A stretch of DNA of 40,785 nucleotides from a virus (lineage: Duplodnaviria; Caudoviricetes), in the IMG/VR virus record IMGVR_UViG_3300005805_000175, positions 1 through 40,785 of that record; one strand, written 5' to 3'. Of this stretch, positions 1 to 6,917 are shown in pieces (positions within the stretch are counted from its first letter, which is position 1; every line of letters starts with the position of its first letter). The notes beneath the pieces are model-generated. The model was given only the letters and a program-made list of their open reading frames with translations. It searched no databases and was not told the DNA's origin. The translations under genes and the position numbers were made by a program.

Positions 1-107
1 TAGGGATCCATTATCGAGCCGCAGCCGTGGAAGATGGTTCTGACATGATCTGGTTCTGGATAGGGCATCATAGTGAGTACGACAGGCTCATTGGCCGATA
101 CCACTAG
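1..107 (+). CDS. C-terminal fragment of a RelE/ParE-like toxin (5' end outside the window)
   Basis: The frame starting at nt 3 reads GIHYRAAAVEDGSDMIWFWIGHHSEYDRLIGRYH*. The YRA...WFWIGxHxEYD ending is typical of small ParE/RelE-fold toxin-like proteins. Not in the ORF track. Confidence 0.7.
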   Translation, partial: GIHYRAAAVEDGSDMIWFWIGHHSEYDRLIGRYH

Positions 108-121
108 GAAGTAGGCACTAT

Positions 122-211
122 GACTTACCAATCACTAGAGAGAGCTCCATTAAGTCTGCCTCTTTGCATGGACATATCGCGCATGATGTCGGTCAGTTCC
201 ATACGTTAGGC
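122..211 (+). mobile_element. Degenerate attC-like integron cassette site
   Basis: Ends in GTTAGGC (205-211, matches GTTRRRY) and follows a gene stop. The R'' box is only weakly recognisable (GACTTAC 122-128). Confidence 0.4.
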
Positions 212-273
212 AATTAAATATCACTCGTTTTGTTACCCCTGATACAAAGAGCGACCACAATCCAACCATCATC

Positions 274-654
274 ATGAGCCTATTCAATGCAATGTTCGGG
301 ACTGCCTCACAGGTCGATCCCGAGTCACTAGAAAAAGAATTTACCCCCATTCTGATCGAGGGCGAGCAGATCACCGGAGCATTCAAAATCGTCCGAGATC
401 TATTTGTTTTCACTCAATGCAGATTGATCTTCGCAGACAAGCAAGGACTCACTGGTAAGAAGGTTGAGTATCACTCCATACCTTACAAGGCGATCAGTCA
501 GTTTTCGGTAGAGACAGCCGGCTTCTTCGATGCGGATTCTGAATTGAAGATATACATCTCAGGCAACCACACTCCTATTAAGAAGGAATTTAAGAAGGGA
601 ACAGATGTCGTCCAGATTCAAAGAATGCTTGCTTCATATATCCTGACTCAATAA
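274..654 (+). CDS. Bacterial PH-domain protein (bPH_1/YvbH-like), probable integron cassette gene
   Basis: Motifs RDLFVFT..RLI..DKQGLTGKKVEYHSIPY..I..FSVETAG.FD.DSELKI. Confidence 0.9.
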   Translation: MSLFNAMFGTASQVDPESLEKEFTPILIEGEQITGAFKIVRDLFVFTQCRLIFADKQGLTGKKVEYHSIPYKAISQFSVETAGFFDADSELKIYISGNHTPIKKEFKKGTDVVQIQRMLASYILTQ

Positions 655-655
655 G

Positions 656-768
656 GCCGAACAGACCGATGGACCAAACTACCATCCCGTCGGGACTTCT
701 GTCACACATCCTACTTGCGCGGTCTGTGCGCCAGAAGCAAGCGGGATAGGTGACTGGGGACGTTAGAC
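656..768 (+). mobile_element. attC-like site (113 bp)
   Basis: Starts GCCGAAC just after the stop codon and ends GTTAGAC. Long imperfect dyad inside: ACCATCCCG/CGGGATAGGT and CTTCTGTCACACA/TGTGCGCCAGAAG. Confidence 0.65.
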
Positions 769-781
769 CGTCGTTTTGCTG

Positions 782-887
782 AAGGGGCGACGGTATTTTG
801 AGGAGATAGCTAGGCGCCCAAGCGCAGCTGTAGTGAACTACTGCAAGCGCAGGGCAACGACGCTAGAACTCAAAAGACCTAGCCCCC
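782..887. repeat. ~105-bp imperfect palindromic element (REP/RPE/MITE-like)
   Basis: Nested dyads GGGGC..GGT.TTTTGAG / CTCAAAA.ACC..GCCCC, TAGC/GCTA, GCCC/GGGC and a central GTAGT-GA-ACTAC. Confidence 0.55.
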
Positions 888-917
888 TCCCTGAACAGGG
901 AGGCAGGAGCAGAAAAT
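879..917 (-). pseudogene. gcvP: Displaced original 3' end of gcvP (IFCSCLPVQGGG*)
   Basis: The minus strand reads ATT TTC TGC TCC TGC CTC CCT GTT CAG GGA GGG GGC TAG, matching the IFCSCL at the end of gcvP across the prophage. Confidence 0.8.
907..917. repeat. att core, left junction (GAGCAGAAAAT)
   Basis: Identical to 40142-40152 and lies in the displaced gcvP end. Confidence 0.75.
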
Positions 918-1044
918 GCCCCTGTCTATGTGGTTTTACTCTGTCGGATTGTCCCTTTAGACACCCAATTTTCCGCATTTTCCGCTATGTTCTTTATTAG
1001 AATCTGTTATTAAAAGGCAGGAGCAGAACTGTTCCGATCACCCA

Positions 1045-2193
1045 ATGGCCTCTGTTCACTCCCACCCTCTATCCTCCTTCTGGCAGGCGTCCATCTCAAT
1101 CTGGGATGCAAAGGCTGGCCGGATGAAGCGGACCTTCCGCACGACCAAGGTTCCCGTTACCGAGGATCAGGGCAAGGCTCTTTTGGTCGCGCAGGAGCTG
1201 GAGGTGGCGGGGCGTCCTGGTCAGGTGCATGTTCCGAGGGAGGCTTTTCATCGTCAGCTTGCGTCGATCATGCGGCTGGCTGGTGCAGAGGTTCCATTGA
1301 AGGCGACCAATTGGAAGGAGTTCTCTTCGACTTGGTTGAAGGAACAGCATATCAGTGCAGGCTCGATGAAGGGGTACAAGCGACAGGTTGCGGAGTTCGG
1401 GTCTTGGCTTGGCTCCCGCTCATCAGATGATCTCAGGCGCATCTCCGTCGAGGATATCTCCTCCTATAATTCATTCCTAAAGGGAAAAATGGGAGGGCAT
1501 TCAGTCGGCCATTATATGGCTCGCCTGCGTACCATCTTTCATCGGGCGCATGCTCTTGGATATATCGATGCTGATCCGGCTTCGCTGGTGAAGATCCGGG
1601 TCGAGAAGGCTGGCCGAAGGCGTCCTTTTACCATGGAGGAGGTTCAGCTCCTTCTTGCTCATCTGGAGCATCCGGAGCGCAGGAAGTTCCGTGTTCCTGT
1701 TCTCTTTGGGTTGTACTATGGGATGCGGCTTTCAGATGCCATTTCCCGTTCCCACGAGGAAATCCAGAATGGGTGCATCACCTTCAAGGTTCAGAAGACG
1801 GGGTCAATCATCTCTCTCCCTCTAGTCGGGGAGTTGGTGTCGCTGTCAGGAAAGGGTCCGATCTCCCCTGGAATTGCAGCTGTGACCATGTCCCGTCGCT
1901 TCCGTGGCTTCGTGAAGGATTGCGGTATCCAGGTTGTGCGTCGGGCTGCTTTTGATGGGGGTGAGGAGTTTGGAGATGTCACCTTCCATTCGCTGCGTCA
2001 TACCTCTGCCACCTGGCTGGCGGAGGCCGGGGTCGACATGAAGGTCCGGCAGCTCATCCTTGGGCATTCAACGGCTGCGATGGCCGTCCATTACACTCAC
2101 TCGTCTCTGGCATCGATCAAGGCGGCTTTGGAGTCCGTCCACGGATCTCCTAATCCCCCAGCCAGTTCCGCGAAGCATGGATCTGCCGGATGA
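1045..2193 (+). CDS. int: Tyrosine recombinase / phage integrase
   Basis: Catalytic set present: GMRLSD (R), QKTG (K), HSLRH, LGHS, HYTH (Y). Sits next to the att site. Confidence 0.95.
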   Translation: MASVHSHPLSSFWQASISIWDAKAGRMKRTFRTTKVPVTEDQGKALLVAQELEVAGRPGQVHVPREAFHRQLASIMRLAGAEVPLKATNWKEFSSTWLKEQHISAGSMKGYKRQVAEFGSWLGSRSSDDLRRISVEDISSYNSFLKGKMGGHSVGHYMARLRTIFHRAHALGYIDADPASLVKIRVEKAGRRRPFTMEEVQLLLAHLEHPERRKFRVPVLFGLYYGMRLSDAISRSHEEIQNGCITFKVQKTGSIISLPLVGELVSLSGKGPISPGIAAVTMSRRFRGFVKDCGIQVVRRAAFDGGEEFGDVTFHSLRHTSATWLAEAGVDMKVRQLILGHSTAAMAVHYTHSSLASIKAALESVHGSPNPPASSAKHGSAG

Positions 2194-2713
2194 GGCGGCG
2201 TTTGCTCCAGATCCCTCCCCCATCTCTATCTGCTGCTGATCCTGCAGCGGCTTCGGGGCTGGTATTGGCCTCCACGGTCACAAGGGATTGTTTTCCCCAC
2301 TGGCGGACTAGGCCGACGTGGGCAACGCGTCCCTTGCCGGCAAAGTAAATCCCGAAGGGATCAGCAGGTCGTGGCGTAGTGCCTCCCCTCTCCCTTGACC
2401 ATGTGGGCCGGGATACCCAGGCGGGGGACCATGCCGAGCGCGGGACGATCCCGCCAAGGCCGGCCTGCAGGTAGCACCAGTAGCAGAAGGACGCGCAGTA
2501 TGGGTCCCCTTTGCTGTTTCCTGTAGAGGCTAGGATGGCCTCGATGATTGGGCCGTCGTTTTTTCCGGTGGCCTCACGGGTGCCGATGTGCGCGAGAGCG
2601 GTAGAGAGAATTCTTTTGCGCGGTTCTTCGCTCTCCGTCGCAGTTCCCTGGCAAGCTCCAAGGTCGGGAAGAAGCGCAACCAGGAGGATGACGGCGAGAA
2701 GCGCACGGATCAC
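2150..2713 (-). CDS. CHAP-domain endolysin with N-terminal signal peptide
   Basis: Motifs PYCASF, HVGLV, TVEANT. The likely GTG start at 2713 overlaps the upstream stop (GTGA) and is followed by hydrophobic IRALLAVILLVALL. Confidence 0.85.
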   Translation of the reverse strand: MIRALLAVILLVALLPDLGACQGTATESEEPRKRILSTALAHIGTREATGKNDGPIIEAILASTGNSKGDPYCASFCYWCYLQAGLGGIVPRSAWSPAWVSRPTWSRERGGTTPRPADPFGIYFAGKGRVAHVGLVRQWGKQSLVTVEANTSPEAAAGSAADRDGGGIWSKRRLIRQIHASRNWLGD

Positions 2714-3075
2714 AGCGGGACGAGTTTCAGCGCTAGCAGAAAAAGGCCCAGCATGAGGGCAAATGTGACCTGCGTGGCGTACCACTTCTCCCTGGGGGAA
2801 AGTGCCTCGAACCACTCGGGGAGTCGTCGGTCTGCAGCCTTGTCGATGCTGGAAAAGGCAATCTGCCAGGAGAGCCAGCCGACGAAGACCGCCCAGAAGC
2901 TCAGGACCGTGGAAAGGCCCACCCATTGGAGGTATCCGGCATCAAATACGCCTGCAGTGGGGTCATAGGCACGCAGGAGGGTTGGTAGCGCGAGGTAAGC
3001 CCCAAGCGCGAGGATTCCGGCAAGAAGGCCCTGCCAAGAGGAGAGCCAGCGGCGAATGGTTCTCAAGAAGGTCAT
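2710..3075 (-). CDS. Probable holin (three hydrophobic segments)
   Basis: 121 aa, three TM-like stretches, immediately upstream of the endolysin. Confidence 0.55.
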   Translation of the reverse strand: MTFLRTIRRWLSSWQGLLAGILALGAYLALPTLLRAYDPTAGVFDAGYLQWVGLSTVLSFWAVFVGWLSWQIAFSSIDKAADRRLPEWFEALSPREKWYATQVTFALMLGLFLLALKLVPL

Positions 3076-3602
3076 GGGAGGAACGTGGCGATGGATCTCA
3101 CAAGGAGGCGACCTGCTCCGTACCCTGCTCCGAATCCGACGACGAAGGCCGCACCTTTGAGCCAGAGGCGGTATTGAGATGCGACGGGTATGGCATCAGC
3201 GAGTCCCATCAGCCAAATCGCACCCAAGAGCGCGACGAGGTAAGGGATAATGTCCCGCTCCTTGGCGACCTGGTGCAGCTCCTTGCGCTGGTCGGAAATG
3301 GTCTGATCACGATCGGCGACGGCTTGGACGAGCTGGCCGACCTCGGCATCCTTGATCTCCAGGGCGCGGGAGGATTCCTCCACCTTGGCGTCTGCGATTG
3401 CGATGGCGACCTTTGCCGCTGGAACGTCCCCGGCCTCGAGGCGGTCACGCGCCACCTTGACGGCATCGTGAGCACGCTGCAATGGAACGGAGATGGACGC
3501 GAGTGCTGGAGCTGTGACGGTGTGCTGGCGCTGTGACGTCGAGCAGGCCGAGAGCAGCGAGCCAATGCCAATCAGCAGAAGCGTGGAGGAAACTTTATTC
3601 AC
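3072..3602 (-). CDS. Lipoprotein with C-terminal TM segments, candidate unimolecular spanin
   Basis: GTG start overlapping the upstream stop, lipobox LLSAC, coiled-coil-like middle, hydrophobic C-terminus, located in the lysis cassette. Confidence 0.6.
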   Translation of the reverse strand: MNKVSSTLLLIGIGSLLSACSTSQRQHTVTAPALASISVPLQRAHDAVKVARDRLEAGDVPAAKVAIAIADAKVEESSRALEIKDAEVGQLVQAVADRDQTISDQRKELHQVAKERDIIPYLVALLGAIWLMGLADAIPVASQYRLWLKGAAFVVGFGAGYGAGRLLVRSIATFLP

Positions 3603-3814
3603 TGCAAATCCTCCGGGTGTTCCTTTTTCCACAGGTGCTGGACTCGGGGTTTCATGTAGTCGCGGTCTTTGGCAAGGCCTACCTGCTCATAATGGTCAGC
3701 GACCATAATAACGACGAGGCTAGCTAGTCCAATGAGGACAGGAACTCCCACCCAGCGAATCATTCCCAGGATCGCCTTGAGGACTGTTAGGATTTCGTCG
3801 TTTTCTGTGGTCAT
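3599..3814 (-). CDS. Small single-TM membrane protein (holin/antiholin-like)
   Basis: 71 aa with one long hydrophobic segment; first gene of the lysis cassette. Confidence 0.55.
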   Translation of the reverse strand: MTTENDEILTVLKAILGMIRWVGVPVLIGLASLVVIMVADHYEQVGLAKDRDYMKPRVQHLWKKEHPEDLQ

Positions 3815-3816
3815 GG

Positions 3817-4065
3817 TTAGCTAGTCACTTCAGTGATCCAATCAGGAAGGGCAACCTCAGGAGCAAGGAGGGCTTGCCACTCGTAGTAGAGGATATCTCC
3901 CTGTCCGATGTGGTTTTCATCGTAAGAGGCGTAGATAGGAGAAGGGATAAGGGTAACACCCCAAATCTCATCACGGGTACGAGAGTGAGCTGTGTCATCC
4001 CAAGATTGCCAAGGGAGGGTGTTGTCTTGAAGGGAAGAGGCTCTAAAGGTTCTCATAGAAATCAA
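3817..4065 (-). CDS. Hypothetical protein (possible tail-fibre accessory)
   Basis: ATGA-coupled to the fibre gene and fills the gap exactly. Confidence 0.6.
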   Translation of the reverse strand: MISMRTFRASSLQDNTLPWQSWDDTAHSRTRDEIWGVTLIPSPIYASYDENHIGQGDILYYEWQALLAPEVALPDWITEVTS

Positions 4066-5498
4066 GGGAGACCGAGACCAACACCAAGTGTGTTTTTATA
4101 CAGCGTGTACAAACTGGAGATCGTTGCTGCGTCAGCTTCAGTAGATTTGATCATGTATGCAAATGCCATAGTTCCACGGAACGTCGTCTCTAATGATGCC
4201 GACTTGGCAAGCAGTCCTAAGTTTTCCGATACATTGACTGGGTTATAGGCTCCCAATCCGGTTGCTTCGGCTCCTAATACACCGTTAATGTAAGCCGATT
4301 GAGTAGTCTGGCCTACTGATGTATGAATAAAATTGAAGTTTGTTGTCCTTGTAGATACTGCTCCGGGCCCAAAATACACCCACCCTGAGCGAGTACTGTG
4401 AAAAAAGAAAGATAGTGTAGAGGCCGTCGCAACGTTTAGGCGCAAGTGTATGTCGTTCGTTCCTGTCGAACCACTGAAGCAAATTGGTCTACCACCCGAC
4501 ACCCCAGCGTTTGTCGATAGGATGCCGCCTCCTGATAAACTAGAAGTAGGAAGTCCAAAATCTGCTGGTGTCGGAAGGGAGATAAAGTCATTGGAAGCAG
4601 CCTTGGTTACGCCTCCATCTCCCCAAGTAGGGCCGTTGGTCAGCGTTCCGTTGAAAGTCCCCGCTCCACCAAGACTAAAGGCAGTTGTTCCAGTCCCAGC
4701 GTTCTGGCTGCTCCTCAAAGGCCAGCAGACCATGTTGTTCCAGAGGCCAAGGGCTTTGATCCCTTTGACGAAGTCGAGGATCTGCTGGCGAGGATTGACG
4801 GTGATGTTTCCAGCGATGCCGAGAGCTGCGTTCGCTCCGGTGGCAACGTAGGAGGTCATAGAGGAACCAAGCTCACATTGAAATCCCCAAAGCTGAACAG
4901 TAGTGGCAAGGGAGTTGGTTTCGGCTCTGCCAGCAGTAGCACTGGAAATAATACCAAGTAGCACGGTAACTCCAGTGGTCGCTCCAGTAGCACTAACCGT
5001 GAACGATACCCTGTACCACCCGTTTCCTACGCTAGTTATCGTAGCAGTTCCACCGCTTACGGTTCCAAGAACTCCGTTTGCAAGATCGTAGTTTGCAAAC
5101 CCCCCACTAAAAGCGGTGAATCCTGTGTATATCTGAAAAAAGTTATTCGTCCCCGCTTTTGCGTATATGGAAAACGTATAGGTGCTTCCTGTTACGCAAT
5201 ATGGAGTATTCATTCCAGCTGACTTAACCACACCAGCAGTTCCGTTTGCAGTGAGGACATCGGCAGTTGTGGTTCCGTCTGGAGCAACTGCTGTATTAGC
5301 TGCCCACGCAACAGCATTAAGATTAACAGCTGCAAAGGAGTTTAGATGGTCACTAATCGCCTGAAGGTTCTTCGCACTATATTCCGGAACACTCACCGTA
5401 CCACTAGCAATTCCAGCTCTAGAAAAATAGGACAGAGCGTCTGGATCAATTCCGGTTCCCGCATAAGGGAGGCCTAGTCCTATTCCGCAGGATGGCAT
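4062..5498 (-). CDS. Fibre/spike receptor-binding protein with carbohydrate-binding-like beta-sandwich domains
   Basis: G/T/S/A-rich. Contains an APDGTTTAD...YTFSIYAKAG...NGWYRVS...WGFQCELGS module and a LamG-like C-terminus (AYING). Confidence 0.75.
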   Translation of the reverse strand: MPSCGIGLGLPYAGTGIDPDALSYFSRAGIASGTVSVPEYSAKNLQAISDHLNSFAAVNLNAVAWAANTAVAPDGTTTADVLTANGTAGVVKSAGMNTPYCVTGSTYTFSIYAKAGTNNFFQIYTGFTAFSGGFANYDLANGVLGTVSGGTATITSVGNGWYRVSFTVSATGATTGVTVLLGIISSATAGRAETNSLATTVQLWGFQCELGSSMTSYVATGANAALGIAGNITVNPRQQILDFVKGIKALGLWNNMVCWPLRSSQNAGTGTTAFSLGGAGTFNGTLTNGPTWGDGGVTKAASNDFISLPTPADFGLPTSSLSGGGILSTNAGVSGGRPICFSGSTGTNDIHLRLNVATASTLSFFFHSTRSGWVYFGPGAVSTRTTNFNFIHTSVGQTTQSAYINGVLGAEATGLGAYNPVNVSENLGLLAKSASLETTFRGTMAFAYMIKSTEADAATISSLYTLYKNTLGVGLGLP

Positions 5499-5510
5499 AA
5501 CAGTGGTTCC

Positions 5511-5783
5511 TTATTCGAGCCAGAGGATCACTCTTCCGCTTGTCAGCGTGATGGCGCTTCCTCGGATCGGGAGATAGAGGCCAGCATTCAGTGTTTGTCC
5601 TGCAAGCGTGGCGTTGTCGTTGTTGTAGGCAGTGACCTGGTCGGGGGCGCTGGTGGTAGGAGCGCTGATTGAAGAGATGACCGTATCCGATAGGATTGTC
5701 ATTCCGTAGAAGTTGGCATTCGTCGCCGTGGTGTTAACCACGACCTTGAATCCCTTAGTTGCGTGTTCTCTGTTTGCGGCCAT
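5511..5783 (-). CDS. Hypothetical virion protein
   Basis: Tightly packed in the tail operon; beta-rich composition. Confidence 0.65.
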   Translation of the reverse strand: MAANREHATKGFKVVVNTTATNANFYGMTILSDTVISSISAPTTSAPDQVTAYNNDNATLAGQTLNAGLYLPIRGSAITLTSGRVILWLE

Positions 5784-5795
5784 GGTATTTGTTAT

Positions 5796-6209
5796 TTAGT
5801 ATTCCTCGATCTGGCAGAGGATATCGATTTGGGTTCCTGCGCTGACGGTCGTTGTGGATCTCACCTTGAGAACTGATCCACTGTTGAGGAGGAGTATCCT
5901 TTTCCCGTAGCTATCATTTGCTAGGCCTTGGATAACCGAGAGAATGTCGATATTGCTTGCGCTTCCGTTAGATCCACTTCCGGCTGGGATGCTGACTCCT
6001 CCTAGGATGAAGTCGCTGGTGCCATCGTTGACGTAGAAGAGGAGCGTTCGTGCGCTGGTGTCTGTGCTGCACACGGTGACCGCTTTAACGACTGCGTCGT
6101 TACCGGCTCCGGTGTAGATGGTCTTCATGTTGGAAGCGTCTGCAGTCGCAATGCTGACGCCTTTCGTGTTGATTTCCTGCGTGAAGTTGAGGGATTCGCT
6201 TTTTGGCAT
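5796..6209 (-). CDS. Hypothetical virion/tail protein
   Basis: Tightly packed in the tail operon; beta-rich composition. Confidence 0.7.
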   Translation of the reverse strand: MPKSESLNFTQEINTKGVSIATADASNMKTIYTGAGNDAVVKAVTVCSTDTSARTLLFYVNDGTSDFILGGVSIPAGSGSNGSASNIDILSVIQGLANDSYGKRILLLNSGSVLKVRSTTTVSAGTQIDILCQIEEY

Positions 6210-6234
6210 GGGATTCGGTTGTTATGTGGTTGAT

Positions 6235-6804
6235 TTATCCTCGGAGCTGATTGAGGACGAGGTTGACCTTGGATTTCCAGACGGGGTTGGTGAGAGTCTG
6301 AAGGCCCAGGTATTGGGCTAGGTTGGCGGTTGAGAGGAAGGTTATGTTCCCTTGTGCGTCGGTGGCGAAGATGGCGGAACTCTGCGGGGTAAGAGGGGGT
6401 GTTTCTCCATCTGTATCTCTGAACCTTGGCGTCCTTTTTACCCTTCGATCCAGTTGCTGCAGGATCATGGTGATTCGGTCCAGCGCTTGCTCATGGCTAG
6501 CTGCTGGGAATTTGTCAGCTGTCGTGTAGCTGGTATTCTGGGTGATGATGACTTCTCTAAGGATCGTAATCTTGAAGTTTGATCCATAGGCGACTGTGGT
6601 CTTCAGTGCGCCACCCGAGTAATCCATGGCACCAGTGATGGAATAATCCGCACCGATGGTGAGCTGCCGTTGGGTAGAGTCTGGGGAAGTGAGGAAGACC
6701 TGGATGTCAGCGTTGTCGAAAAAGACAAACGGGATCGAGTAAGGCAGCAGCACAGAGCTGTTCCCACTGTAGACGATCCGGTTCACTGCGCTTTGGACGC
6801 TCAT
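6235..6804 (-). CDS. Tail fibre adaptor (T7 gp17 N-terminal-like domain)
   Basis: YSGN...IPF.F....I.V...DYSI.G...GG...ITILR...HEQALDRITMILQQL pattern of podovirus fibre N-termini. Confidence 0.8.
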   Translation of the reverse strand: MSVQSAVNRIVYSGNSSVLLPYSIPFVFFDNADIQVFLTSPDSTQRQLTIGADYSITGAMDYSGGALKTTVAYGSNFKITILREVIITQNTSYTTADKFPAASHEQALDRITMILQQLDRRVKRTPRFRDTDGETPPLTPQSSAIFATDAQGNITFLSTANLAQYLGLQTLTNPVWKSKVNLVLNQLRG

Positions 6805-6811
6805 GGTGTTG

Positions 6812-6839
6812 TCTTTAGAAGGTCGAGGGTTTCAGTCAA
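6812..6839 (-). promoter_or_regulatory. Candidate promoter containing the 12-mer TTGACTGAAACC
   Basis: TTGACT-N16-TAAAGA ending 7 nt before the ATG at 6804; intergenic. Confidence 0.45.
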
Positions 6840-6917
6840 CAGGAAAGTTGGAGGCGGCACAATTATTTTTCCTCCTGGGCGGCTTTTTTGGCATTTGATT
6901 CAGTGCTCTAGTAACCA

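Noticed and set aside
764-928. MITE with TAGAC...GTCTA terminal repeats
   Set aside because: The right part (879-917) is better explained as the displaced gcvP end and att core; the 5-bp match may be chance.
776-1000. 74-aa + strand ORF
   Set aside because: It spans a palindrome and the att junction, starts with TTG and has no protein-like features.
4062-6804. Diversity-generating retroelement or invertible tail-fibre cassette
   Set aside because: No reverse transcriptase, invertase, template/variable repeat pair or flanking inverted repeats were seen.
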